Assembly (NCBI GenBank): GCA_963678065.2
Contig: CAXXVZ010000004.1
Span: 256,001 to 320,000, forward strand
Direction of reading: 5' to 3'
Length of the DNA stretch: 64,000 bases
Source of the DNA: Treponemataceae bacterium
GTDB lineage: Bacteria; Spirochaetota; Spirochaetia; Treponematales; Rectinemataceae
In this document: positions 36,415 through 47,180 of the stretch, piece by piece
Layout of the letters: every line of letters begins with the position of its first letter
Position numbering within the stretch: position 1 is the stretch's first letter
Program-made: the position numbers and the translations under genes
The notes under the pieces: generated by a model
The model's database searches: none
The model's input: only the letters and a program-made list of their open reading frames with translations
Told to the model about the DNA's origin: nothing

Positions 36415-38202
36415 CTACCTTTTCCAGGCCGAGCCGGCCGCTGTCGTCGCGATCATCGTCTTGAGCGCGGTGTCGGCGAGATTGAGTCCTGCCGCCCAGT
36501 GTTGCCTGGAGAACGCGTCGAGAGTGGCCTGGGCCGCCATCGTCTTGCCCGCGGACTTCAGTTCGACGTAGTTCTTCTCCATGGCGGGAATCTCCGTGAA
36601 GAGAGCCTTTTCATAGGGATCGAACACGCTTCTGATGCCGTCGTGGTACATTGTGTAGCAGCCGAATGCCAGCTTCGATATCGTCAGGAACTTCGAACCG
36701 GCTTCCGGTGTGGAATATCTCGTGTCCACCGAGGAAGTGCCGACATAGAAGGGAATATAGAGGCTGTTACAGGGCTGGTTGTAGGCGTGGAGCATGAGGC
36801 CAAGCTCGTTCGGGACATCCGGCCGGGCCATAAGGATCGCGGTCGAGGCCGTTATTCCCTCAAAGGCGTGATGGCAGATCGCGCGGGGGAATACCGAGAC
36901 TTCAACCGTGTCTTTCGTCGGGAATTCAGTCACCCACTCCTGCCGGTCGTTCACGTAATCGGAGCTATAGTAGGGAATCTGATTCAGCTTCAGCACCTTG
37001 CCGCTCGGAAGCGTATAGGTGTCGTAGTGGTCCCGGGCGCAGGGCATCAACGTCTGCGCTGAGATGTTTCCGGATATGCCTTTCAGGAGCTCCATGGCCC
37101 GCTGATAGCGCATCTCGGTGTTGTAGAGCGTCTCGGCGGCCGGCCGCGAGGCGATGTCGTCGTTGCTTTCAGGATAGAGTATCGTTGTGCCATAGACGGC
37201 CCTGAAGTTGATCTTGGTGACATCGTCGCCGATCCATCCCTGAGACTTCGCGAAGGGAAACAGGTCTTCCGAACAGATTTCGTAGTCATCCGTGATCTGA
37301 AACTGGTTGGACCTCGCCGTGTAGCAGTCCTGATATCGCCGCGCAACCCAGCGCTTTCCGCTTATCTCGACGACCCAGAGTTCCTGGGGATCGCCTATCT
37401 CGAACATGATGGCGTTCCATGCCTGGCCGTACTTCTCGGTGAGCTTCGTGAGTATCTGTACGCCTTCGCGCGCCGTTTTCGCCCGCTCAAGGACAATGCG
37501 CACATAGTCGTTGTCGTGAAGCCCGTCCGTGAAGGTCAGCTCGTCCCGCGTGGGCGCGTCGTTGTCGGACACGATGACCTGGAATTCGTTGATGCCCATT
37601 CCGTATCCCCAGCGCCCGGCGGAGCGGGAGCCGGCGAAGGAGTAGGTGCGGGAGGCCTGCGGAATGTCGATATAGGCGGCTTTATAGAGTTCGGTCGAGA
37701 TGTGATCGCTGCCCTCTTCCTTAGCGACTTCGGAGATCGTGTTCGGCCCCAGATCGCGGTTCTTCGATATGATGCTTCCCGCGCCCGCCGCCAGAACTTT
37801 GCCGTTGGCGATGAAGGTCGTGCACTCTCCGACAAAGCCCGTCATGAGCCTGTCGGCCGTGTTGTATACGAGGATATCTTCATAGGGTATTCCCGATCCA
37901 TCGGCGACGCCGTACATCCATTCCACTTTTTCCGGCAGAATCTGCATCGCGAGAGCTTCACACGCTCTCGACGCCGCGAGTACCGTGGCGTAATCCGCCC
38001 CGTGGGTTTGGGCGGCTAGCTTCATTTGTGAGATATGCTCCTGAATCTGGGCCTGCTGGGAAGAGCCGATTGCAAAACCTGCCTGATACGATGAGCTCTC
38101 GGCCGCTCCGAGGGGCAATGCCGCCAGAAGCAACATCAACACGGACGCCAGCACCGCGATGCCGAACGTCAGTTTCGCGTTGCGTGCGCGGTTCACCAAC
38201 AT
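36415..38202 (-). CDS. Secreted Ntn-hydrolase cysteine peptidase/acyltransferase (C45/C69-like)
   Basis: Signal peptide; GE|CTT autoprocessing site; KNRD, GINEFQV, LERAKTAREG, IGDPQELWVVE, SNQF; AGGAGG RBS. Confidence 0.8.
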   Translation of the reverse strand: MLVNRARNAKLTFGIAVLASVLMLLLAALPLGAAESSSYQAGFAIGSSQQAQIQEHISQMKLAAQTHGADYATVLAASRACEALAMQILPEKVEWMYGVADGSGIPYEDILVYNTADRLMTGFVGECTTFIANGKVLAAGAGSIISKNRDLGPNTISEVAKEEGSDHISTELYKAAYIDIPQASRTYSFAGSRSAGRWGYGMGINEFQVIVSDNDAPTRDELTFTDGLHDNDYVRIVLERAKTAREGVQILTKLTEKYGQAWNAIMFEIGDPQELWVVEISGKRWVARRYQDCYTARSNQFQITDDYEICSEDLFPFAKSQGWIGDDVTKINFRAVYGTTILYPESNDDIASRPAAETLYNTEMRYQRAMELLKGISGNISAQTLMPCARDHYDTYTLPSGKVLKLNQIPYYSSDYVNDRQEWVTEFPTKDTVEVSVFPRAICHHAFEGITASTAILMARPDVPNELGLMLHAYNQPCNSLYIPFYVGTSSVDTRYSTPEAGSKFLTISKLAFGCYTMYHDGIRSVFDPYEKALFTEIPAMEKNYVELKSAGKTMAAQATLDAFSRQHWAAGLNLADTALKTMIATTAAGSAWKR

Positions 38203-39568
38203 AGAACACCTCCTGGGAAAACATTGTATGAATTGAGGCATTTTCAATAGTACTATCGAGGGAATGCCTCATATCTGCGACAGGAATGATTGTAAATCCA
38301 TGTCTCTGAATAAGCAATGAATTTTTATCCAAATTGAGAAAAACCGATGCTCTTTCAAAGATCTTGCGATGGATGAATTTTCATGAAAAGCGGGGTCAGA
38401 CGTATACGGGGGCAGGTCCAATTTTCAATAAATCCACTTCAGACTGACTTTTGAAAGTCCCTCTGGTAAAAACTGATTAAAAAACGGAAACTATGTAAAG
38501 AAGACTATTCTGATCTTCGGCATACAGCGAGGTGAGAGCGATGCGAAAAACACTGCGCGTTTTGAATGTAGAGGATTCGGAAGACGATGCGTTTCTGTTG
38601 AGGTGCGCTCTAGAGAAAGGTGGCTATGAATTGGAATTTGAGCGGGTTGAGACTGCGGACGCAATGCAGTCAGCTCTATATAAAAGGCATTGGGACTTGA
38701 TAATATCCGATTATAGACTTCCAATGTTTAGTGGACCTGCAGCCCTTGCCCTCTTGAAAGAAACATCAATGGACCTTCCCTTCATCATCGTCTCAGGGGC
38801 GATCGGGGAAGAGACAGCGGTCGCGGCAATGAAAGCTGGCGCTCATGACTACATCATGAAGGGTCATCTTCAACGCCTTATCCCGGCTATAGAAAGGGAA
38901 CTCCAAGAGGCGATAGTCAGAGAAGAACGCAGGAAAGCCCAAGAGGAACTCAAGGCTAACAAAACCCAACTGTCCAACGCTCTGGAAATAGCCCACCTTG
39001 GCCACTGGGAATATGACATTTCCAGCGACATTTTTTTATTCAACGAGCAATTCTATAAACTTTTCCGGACTACCATTGAGAAAATTGGCGGATATATCAT
39101 GAGTTCTGCGGAATATATCAGTAGATTGGTTTATCCAGAAGATGCCGCAATCGTCAGAAGAGAGATCCAGAAAGCTATCCAAACCACCGATCCTGAATAT
39201 GGCCAACAGGTCGAGCATCGTATCCTCTACATAGACGGGACAGTTGGTTATATAACTATGCGCTTATTCATCGTCAAGGACGCTCAATGCAAGACAATCA
39301 AGATAACCGGAGTGAACCAAGACATCACAGAACGGAAAAAAGCGGAAATGGCTCTTCGAAAGAGCGAGGAGAAATATCACTCACTTTTCGATAGTTCCAT
39401 AGATGCTATCCTGCTGACCCAAATCGATGGCTCCATTCTCGATGCCAATCCTTCTGCCTGCAAACTGTTCGGAAGAACGCTGGAAGAGATAAAAAAAATC
39501 CGAAACGTTGATCTTGTAGATACAACCAATCCGCTTTTTCATTCCACCTTTGAAAAGAATGAACTTTT

Positions 39569-40963
39569 GAGGCTCTTTCAAAAGTCATGAGATGAACGAA
39601 TTTTAATGAAAAGCGGGGACAGAACCTGTATGATGATGTTGCAACACAAACGTCACCAGGAGGAGCCCCCGCTGATGAAAACCATACCAGAAATACTGGG
39701 CGGAGCGCAAATACTTTTGCCGATTTCCTACGATATCCAGCGATGTTTCGAAGAATATCTCACCGACGAGCATCGCTTTTTTATCGCCCTGCTCAGAGTC
39801 ATTGAAGATGCTCAGCCACGGATTACATCACCATGTGCACGGACTGGCCGTCCTCCACATCGGAACGAACCGATCATGCGGGCGTTTTTCGCCCGAACGG
39901 TATTCCACATAGCGACAGTCACGGACCTTAGGAACAGGCTGATCAACGATCCGAATCTGCGGAGGATATGCGGCTTCACCTCCGTTCCAAGCTCTGCGAC
40001 CTTTTCGCGTCGCTACGCGGAGTTTTCAAAAAAGACTCCGCTGATTCAGACTTTGAATACCATGGTGAAGGATTGTCATGACGGCCATATCGTCGGACAC
40101 ATAAATCGGGATGCGACGGAGATACGAGCACGAGAAAAACCTGTACCTGCCAAACGTGAAGCTGTTTCTTCCGTGACACCGCAACGGAAACGAGGTCGTC
40201 CCCGAAAAGGAGAAGTTCGGCCTGTGAAGGAGCCGACACAGATAGAAAAGCAAGTCGGCCAAAGCGTCAGGAAATCCTTGTCAGAACTATCCAAAGACTG
40301 TGCATGGGGATGCAAGAAGAACAGCCAGGGGAATAGGGAAACATGGAAAGGATACAAGTTGCACCTTGATGTCAGCGACACAGGATTCCCTATTTCAGCA
40401 GTCGTAACCGGCGCCAATGTTCATGATTCGCAAGTAGCGATTCCTCTGGAAAAGATAACAGAGAAAAAGGTCCGACATCTGTATTCAGTCATGGACGCTG
40501 CATACGATGCGGATCCCATCGCGACCTATATCCAGGGACGTGGGCGTGTTCCGCTGATTGATCGGAATACGCGTCGTGGGACGGAACGGGAACCATTTTC
40601 GCCGTCACAGAAGGAGCGGTACACAATCAGGACAACGGTTGAACGTGCAAACTCGCATTTGAAGGATTGGCTCATACCGGGTCAGATATTTGTACGGGGA
40701 TTTGAGAAAGTATCATTCCTGCTCATGTGCGGGGTAGTGGTTCTGGCGGCCGTCAAGGCTTTGCAGTACTTCATCCTTCCCGAACTGCAGAAATCGTAAC
40801 CGGGCAATCCGGCAGAACCGGATTTTGTAGGGGTAGTCCATCTTTTGCACTGAAAAGAGAGCCCTTTTTACTGCACATGTAATTTTTACTGTGCAAAAAC
40901 GAAGCTTCAGTTACAATAACTCGCTTTTTTACAAAGCGGATTACGAAGTTTTGAAAAAGCCTC
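39569..40963 (+). mobile_element. Insertion sequence, 1395 bp (IS1182/IS5-like DDE)
   Basis: TIRs GAGGCTCTTTCAAAAGT and revcomp GAGGCTTTTTCAAAACT (15/17 match); flanked by TTTT at 39565-39568 and 40964-40967; single transposase ORF. Family assignment is tentative. Confidence 0.92.
39675..40799 (+). CDS. DDE transposase
   Basis: PSSATFSR, RDATEI, WKGYKLHL, GANVHDS, MDAAYD, RTTVERANSHLK; AGGAG RBS. Confidence 0.92.
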   Translation: MKTIPEILGGAQILLPISYDIQRCFEEYLTDEHRFFIALLRVIEDAQPRITSPCARTGRPPHRNEPIMRAFFARTVFHIATVTDLRNRLINDPNLRRICGFTSVPSSATFSRRYAEFSKKTPLIQTLNTMVKDCHDGHIVGHINRDATEIRAREKPVPAKREAVSSVTPQRKRGRPRKGEVRPVKEPTQIEKQVGQSVRKSLSELSKDCAWGCKKNSQGNRETWKGYKLHLDVSDTGFPISAVVTGANVHDSQVAIPLEKITEKKVRHLYSVMDAAYDADPIATYIQGRGRVPLIDRNTRRGTEREPFSPSQKERYTIRTTVERANSHLKDWLIPGQIFVRGFEKVSFLLMCGVVVLAAVKALQYFILPELQKS

Positions 40964-43480
40964 TTTTAAATGCAGAAACGACGGAAATTACGATGATTCG
41001 CGCCGATAGAGAGAAGTTTCAAGCGGAAGTAGCATCAACAGTCTTCGTCGATGCAAGTGGTTTGAGAAAAACCAGCATGATCATCAGGGACCTGACCGAA
41101 AGGCGCAGAGCAGAACAGAATTACCAGAGGCTTTTTCATGAAATGTTGGACGGTTTCGCGGTTCACGAAATAATTTGCGGAGCGGATGGAAAACCTAGAG
41201 ACTATCGCTTTCTTGCAGTAAACCCTGCCTTTGAACGGATGACTGGCTTAATTGCAGAAAACATCATCGGCAAGACCGTCCTCGATGTTCTGCCGGGCAC
41301 CGAACAGTCCTGGATTGATACCTATGGTCATGTCGCTTTGACTGGCGAACCGGCTTTCTTCGAAAATTATTCGAAGAATCTGGATAAGTTTTTTGAGGTA
41401 ACTGCCTTCCAACCCATGCCTAATCACTTCGCCTGCATATTTGTCGACACTACAGAACGAAAGCGAACAGAAAGAGCGCTTCGGGAGAGTGAAAAGAAGT
41501 ATCGGCTTATCACCGAGACTATCGCAGATGTGGTTTGGACTTCGGATCTGGACTTCAAGATTACCTATATAAGTCCATCTGTGGAAAAAATGTTTGGCGA
41601 ACCCGCCGATGCTTATAAAAAGCGGTCGATGGAAGAGAGGTTCCCTCCGAAATCACTCAAGCTACTAAAAATGTTTTTTTCTGAAGAGCTTGAAAAAGAG
41701 AAAGATCCCGCTATCGATAAAGATAGATCGCGACTCATTGAAGTAAAAAGCTTCCGAGCCGATGGCACTACTTTCTGGGTATCCATGAACGTATCTTTCA
41801 TTCGAGACGAGAATGGAACGATTGCCGGATTACACGGGGTATCGTGTGATATTTCCGACCGCAAGAGAAATGAGGAGGAGATCCTCCACAACGAGGCAAG
41901 GCTGGAAGGATTGCTACGGATTGCTCAATACAAGGCTTCGTCGATCCAGGATCTTCTTGACTATGCCCTGGAGGAGGCGATCAAGCTGACGGACAGCCAG
42001 CTTGGGTATATCTATTTTTATAATGACCAGAGCAAGGAATTCACGCTCAACACATGGTCGAAAGAAGTGATGAAAGAATGCAGCGTCCGCAATGCGCCGA
42101 CCATCTATCAACTAGAAAAGACAGGGATCTGGGGTGAAGCCGTAAGGCAGGCAAAGCCAATCATCGTCAATGATTTCCAGTCACCCCATCCATTAAAAAA
42201 AGGTTATCCGGAAGGTCATGCGCGCCTCTATAAATATCTGACCGTTCCTATCTTCTCAGCCGACCGGATTGTGGCAGTAGCGGGAGTAGCGAATAAATCG
42301 GATGATTACATCAACACCGATGTCAGGCAGTTGACGCTGCTGATGGACTCTGTCTGGAGGATCCTGGAAGCGAAAAGATTGACGGAGGAACTGCTCATGA
42401 CAGAGGGCAGATATCGAAGCATCTTTGACAACGCCCAGGAAGGCATCTTTCAAACGAACAAGGAAGGCAAATTCCTTACCGTCAACAATGCCATGGCTAC
42501 CATGCTAGGCTATGATTCTCCCAAAGATCTCATGTCCGTCATCATCGATGTTGCCCATCAGGTATTCGTCAATCCTGAAGATCAACGGCACTTGCTGAAG
42601 GACATTGATGATCGGAATTCCGTGACAGGATATGTATGCCAGCATTACCGTAAGGATAAAAGCATCATCTGGGTATCGATAGATCAACATGCCGTCTACG
42701 ACAACGGGGGCAATACTCTTTATTATGAAGGGTTCTGCGAAGATATCACCGAACGCCGAATGAACACCGAGCGCATGAGAAAAGCCCTGGGAGCCACCGT
42801 CTATGCCATATCTGCCGCCGTCGAAGCCAGGGATCCCTATACTGCAGGCCATCAGAGACGAGTGGCGAATCTGGCCCAGGCAATAGCTGCGGAAATCGGT
42901 CTCTCCGCGGACCAGATCGAGGGGATTCGCTTGGCTGCCTCCATCCACGATCTCGGTAAGCTATCTGTCCCAGCCGAGATTCTCACTAAACCTAAAAAGC
43001 TATTGGAAACTGAATTCGACTTGATCAAGATTCATCCCCAAGCGGGGTACGATATTTTGAAGGATATCGAATTCCCATGGCCAATTGCCAGGATGGTCCT
43101 CGAACACCATGAACGAATGAACGGATCCGGTTATCCGAACAATCTGATCGGCGATCAAATTCTTATGGAGTCCCGGATCTTGGCGGTCGCTGATGTTGTG
43201 GAGTCGATGGCTTCCTACCGTCCGTATCGCCCAGCTTTGGGAATTGATGCAGCCCTGGAGGAGATCGAGAAGAACAGGGACATACTCTATGATAGAGAAG
43301 TCGTTGAGAATTGTGTGAAATTGTTTCGCAACAAGAACTTTATCCTGGTATAGTCAACGACCGTCCGCAAAGCAGGTGAATTTTTGCTCGTAAAATGGCA
43401 GGATCGATTTCGCGATGGACTTAGCCGTTGAAGGGTAGTACTGTTCCCCATGTCTGCCAGGCATGGATAGGGGGAATCTG

Positions 43481-44239
43481 ATGATCAGCGATCAGAATGA
43501 AACACCGACAACCTGCGACATAGCGAATTTCACCATCCAGGAAGTAACGGAATGCGGCAGAGCGGTGAGAACCATAGGGGCGGGGGCTTCAAGTATGGAG
43601 GAGGTGGCAGGAAGAATCGTAAGATACCTGTACGACACTCTGATCGATGGACAGACTGGCGAACGGGCTTGCCCGCTGATCCGTTTCTTCAAGACACAGT
43701 CCTATGAAGGTCTCCCCAGTGAACTACAAGCTTTTGCCGAAAAAATGCTTAGGGAGAGCCTTCCCACGCCTGGGGTGAAATGCCTGACCCTTTTGGGAAC
43801 TGCCGGGGACAATCCGGAATGGAATTCGAGAGGGGCCTCGAGGGGACATCAGGCGATTCCATTGCCAAGCGAGGAAGTGGTGCATCAGATTCCCATGATA
43901 CGAAATCTTATCAAGCAGTTGGGGCTGAGCGTGAAATCGGTCGTAAAACCGGACCCGGCCCTCCTGTTGGATATGGAGCAGAAAACCTATGGAGTGTTTT
44001 TTGTTCCGGAAGCGCTCGGCAGTCCTTATATCCCTGCCCAAAAAGAATTTGTCATCCGCCATGGCATACGATCGGTATTGGGATTCGGCGGAATGCTGCC
44101 ATCGCTGGATATCTTTGTGATTATCCTCTTCCTCAGGAATTCGATTTCCAGGGAAACGGCCGATCTCTTCAAGAACCTGTCGCTGAACATGAAACTGGCG
44201 GTGTTGCCTTTTGAGAAAAGGGTGTTTGCCTGCCCGTAA
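43481..44239 (+). CDS. Conserved hypothetical protein, possible GAF-like sensor
   Basis: 253-codon ORF with ACPLIRFFKT, CLTLLGTAG..W..R..S.GHQAIPL, GSPYIPAQ.EFV..HGIRSVLGFGG; alternative start at 43463. Confidence 0.7.
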   Translation: MISDQNETPTTCDIANFTIQEVTECGRAVRTIGAGASSMEEVAGRIVRYLYDTLIDGQTGERACPLIRFFKTQSYEGLPSELQAFAEKMLRESLPTPGVKCLTLLGTAGDNPEWNSRGASRGHQAIPLPSEEVVHQIPMIRNLIKQLGLSVKSVVKPDPALLLDMEQKTYGVFFVPEALGSPYIPAQKEFVIRHGIRSVLGFGGMLPSLDIFVIILFLRNSISRETADLFKNLSLNMKLAVLPFEKRVFACP

Positions 44240-44279
44240 AAGGTTGCGTGCCGATGACGGCGGAAGGAGCAGGAAATAT

Positions 44280-46133
44280 ATGGAGAATGGCGAACCTACG
44301 GCCGTTGAGAATCAGCTGCTCAGGTCTCAAATAGCGGCTCTGGAACAACTGCTCGACGTGTACGAAAAAAGCGTATTGGAGAAGGCGCACGAGCTTTACG
44401 AGGAGATTGCCAAGCGCAAGCAAATTGAAGAATCTTTGCGGCAGTCCGAAGAGAGATATCGAACCATAATGGACGAGATGGAGGAATGGTATTTCGAGAC
44501 TGACCTGGCGGGCAATATCACCTTTTTCAATGATCTTTTTGCCAATTATTTCAACTATACTCGAAATAAATTATTCGGTGTGAATTTTCGAAATTTCATC
44601 ACGAAAGAAGACTCGGATTCGTTGTCCAGACTATTCCAGCATGTTTTCAAAACAGGCAGGTCTACAAAGAACTTCCCCTATGAATTTATCCGCACGGACG
44701 GCACGACAACATCCATCGAGTTCTCCATTTTTCCCAAACGGGACAAGGATGCCAGAATAATCGGTTTTCGCGGAGTTGGCCATGACATAACCGAGCGGAA
44801 ACGCGCCGAAGACCAGATTCAATACCTCGCCACGCACGATAGTCTGACAGGACTGCCTAACCGTTTGATGGTCAGCCAGATGCTCAACAACTCAATACAG
44901 TCCGCGCGGCTGCACAAACGACAGCTGGCGGTTTTCTTCATCGACCTTGATCGGTTCAAGCAAATCAACGATACCAAGGGTCACGATGCAGGAGACCAGC
45001 TGTTGCAAGAGGTAGCCAAGCGGCTTAAGAAATCGTTGCGCGCAGCCGATATCGTCGGTCGTCTTGGAGGCGATGAATTCATCATTCTCATTGAAAAAGC
45101 GGGGGAGCTGAACCAAGTCGCATTCGTGGCGCACACGATCCTGACGAACATCATCAAACCGATGGTTCTTCTGGGTGAAGAATGCCGTATGACAGCCAGC
45201 ATCGGCATAAGCATATACCCCAAGGATGGCGAGGACGAACAATCCTTGATGAAAAATGCCGACATAGCCATGTATTATGCCAAAGAAGAAGGCAAGAACA
45301 ACTACCAGTTTTACTCCAAAGAAATTCAATCGCAATCGATAGAACGCTTGTCCATCGAGACAAACATGCGTCTCGCGCTTGAACGTAAAGAGTTCTTCCT
45401 GCATTATCAGGCGAAAGTCGATATCGAGACGAACATGATTACTGGTGTGGAAGCGCTGCTGCGCTGGCAGAATCCATATCTTGGCTCTGTGACCCCCACA
45501 CAATTCCTCCCCGTGGCTGAAGAAACAGGCCTGATCATACCCATAGGCAAATGGGTAATTAAGACTGCTTGCGCTCAAAATACTGCCTGGCAGCGACAGG
45601 GGCTTCCTGCTATCCGCATGGCTGTAAATCTGTCGCTACGGCAGCTCATGGATGACAATCTGGAAAACGATATCAGGACAGCGCTGAAAGATACCGGCAT
45701 GGCACCAAACCTGCTGGAACTCGAAATTGCCGAAAGTACGTTGATGCATAATCCGGCGCTCATGATTTCCATATTGACGAAAATCAAACGCCTGGGTGTG
45801 CGGTTGGCCATTGACGATTTCGGCACCAGTTATTCTTCCCTTTCCCAGATCAAGCACTTCCCCATCGATACGCTCAAGGTTGACCGATCCTTCATCCGCA
45901 ACATTCCGAAAGAGACCGAAGACAAGGAGATCACCAAGGCTATCATTGCCATGGGCAAAACTTTAAGCCTGGCCGTTGTGGCCGAAGGCGTAGAGACGAT
46001 AGAACAAGTCAATTTCTTGAAAAATCACTCCTGTGGCGAGATGCAAGGGTACTACTTCAGCAAGCCCATTGTGGCGGAACATTTTGCTGAACTTCTGCGG
46101 AAACATACTTCTGTAGGATTGAATCAACTATGA
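44280..46133 (+). CDS. PAS-GGDEF-EAL diguanylate cyclase/phosphodiesterase
   Basis: HDSLTGLPNR, DLDRFK, RAAD I-site followed by GGDEF, VEALLRW, IDDFGT, LKVDRSF, VAEGVE, QGYYFSKP. Confidence 0.95.
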   Translation: MENGEPTAVENQLLRSQIAALEQLLDVYEKSVLEKAHELYEEIAKRKQIEESLRQSEERYRTIMDEMEEWYFETDLAGNITFFNDLFANYFNYTRNKLFGVNFRNFITKEDSDSLSRLFQHVFKTGRSTKNFPYEFIRTDGTTTSIEFSIFPKRDKDARIIGFRGVGHDITERKRAEDQIQYLATHDSLTGLPNRLMVSQMLNNSIQSARLHKRQLAVFFIDLDRFKQINDTKGHDAGDQLLQEVAKRLKKSLRAADIVGRLGGDEFIILIEKAGELNQVAFVAHTILTNIIKPMVLLGEECRMTASIGISIYPKDGEDEQSLMKNADIAMYYAKEEGKNNYQFYSKEIQSQSIERLSIETNMRLALERKEFFLHYQAKVDIETNMITGVEALLRWQNPYLGSVTPTQFLPVAEETGLIIPIGKWVIKTACAQNTAWQRQGLPAIRMAVNLSLRQLMDDNLENDIRTALKDTGMAPNLLELEIAESTLMHNPALMISILTKIKRLGVRLAIDDFGTSYSSLSQIKHFPIDTLKVDRSFIRNIPKETEDKEITKAIIAMGKTLSLAVVAEGVETIEQVNFLKNHSCGEMQGYYFSKPIVAEHFAELLRKHTSVGLNQL

Positions 46134-46170
46134 ACAGCCGGGATTCAGGAATCGATCGTTTTCATCGATC

Positions 46171-47013
46171 TCACTCCATATCATGGACTTTGTTCGGCTC
46201 AAAAGCAGTTCCTGTTTTTTTCCCATTCGCCTTCTTCAGAAGAAAATACAGAACTGCACCGGATATCGCGGCAAGGACAAAAAAAACGTCAATATATGTA
46301 TGCGCAAAGTTCCCTACCGCTTTCATATTCGCGGTGATAATCGCGAAAACATTCCATGCCATGTGAATGAGAATTGTTAACAAAAAAGATTCCGTAACAT
46401 AATACATCGATGAGATAATGAAGAACGATAGGACGATTGTGACCACAATCGAGAACGGATTCACAAATCGGTCAAAGTGCTGAATACCAAAAAAAATCGC
46501 ATTGAGCCATAGAAAATCTATGCTGGCGATTTTTACGCATCTGAAATATACATATCGAAAATAAAACTCTTCGAAGAAAGGCGCCAGGGCAATCATTGTG
46601 AATATTCTATATCTTGGATACAGTGTTTTGGGTGGCAACGCCCCCACAATAACCATCAAAGTACATGCACAAAAGGTTATTGCGGAAAAGAACAGAATAG
46701 TATTCGAGGCTTTCCACCCATGAATTTCATTCCTGATAACATTTTTTATGTACCCAGATGAGGAATTGCCATTCTTGACCAAAAGACGTTTTCCGACGAA
46801 AAAGAGAACGAGATACAACGAAATATTGACTCCGATGTTCATTATTGCATTTGTAAAATCGATATCCTTGCTTAATAGATTCTCGATCATAGAATGCGGA
46901 AAAAGTGCATATGCCGATTTCAGGCAAAGAACGATGATTGCGCCGAAAAGAAAGACAATAGAAAGAGGAAACAGTGAGAAGAAAAAATAATTTAAAAGTA
47001 TTGACTTTTTCAT
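46171..47013 (-). CDS. CPBP-family intramembrane glutamic metalloprotease (CAAX/Abi)
   Basis: APFFEEFYFR, FFGIQH and IHMAWN motifs; very hydrophobic; AT-rich. Confidence 0.85.
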   Translation of the reverse strand: MKKSILLNYFFFSLFPLSIVFLFGAIIVLCLKSAYALFPHSMIENLLSKDIDFTNAIMNIGVNISLYLVLFFVGKRLLVKNGNSSSGYIKNVIRNEIHGWKASNTILFFSAITFCACTLMVIVGALPPKTLYPRYRIFTMIALAPFFEEFYFRYVYFRCVKIASIDFLWLNAIFFGIQHFDRFVNPFSIVVTIVLSFFIISSMYYVTESFLLTILIHMAWNVFAIITANMKAVGNFAHTYIDVFFVLAAISGAVLYFLLKKANGKKTGTAFEPNKVHDME

Positions 47014-47027
47014 TATTGACCTTCTGG

Positions 47028-47056
47028 CCGCTTATGCCTTCATATTGCATAAGCGG
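47028..47056. other. Intergenic hairpin
   Basis: CCGCTTATGC-N9-GCATAAGCGG, a 10-bp stem upstream of the CPBP gene. Confidence 0.4.
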
Positions 47057-47180
47057 TCGATGTTGTATCCCTTTTATTATCTATCTAAATCTCTGTCGAA
47101 CTCAATCCAGAAAATAGATAAATTGACCCTCGCATTTCCCGTCTTAAGGCTTACTTCTATTCCCCATTGCGGAGGGAGGC

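Larger units (their letters stand above)
38541..43353 (+). pseudogene. REC-PAS(n)-GAF-PAS-HD-GYP c-di-GMP phosphodiesterase response regulator, interrupted by an IS
   Basis: 5' part 38541-39568 (VEDSEDD, LIISDYRLP, AGAHDYIMK, PAS). 3' part 40968-43353 (PAS, GAF, HDLGK..HHERMNGSGYP). Removing the IS and one TTTT rejoins them in frame (3414 nt, 1137 aa). Confidence 0.88.

Noticed and set aside
38390..38460. GGGGTCAG / GGGGCAGGTC words reminiscent of REP-like ends
   Set aside because: No complete inverted partner or second copy was found in the window.
45715..45845. EAL-domain variants ELEIAES and DDFGTSYSS suggesting an inactive phosphodiesterase
   Set aside because: The main metal-binding and catalytic residues (EAL Glu, Asn, Glu, DD, Lys, EGVE, Gln) are retained, so the evidence is insufficient to call it degenerate.
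38265..47048. Similar words ATGCCTCATATCTGC (38265) and ATGCCTTCATATTGC (47034) near the islet edges as possible att sites
   Set aside because: The match is short and gapped, with no integrase or tRNA nearby; compatible with chance.
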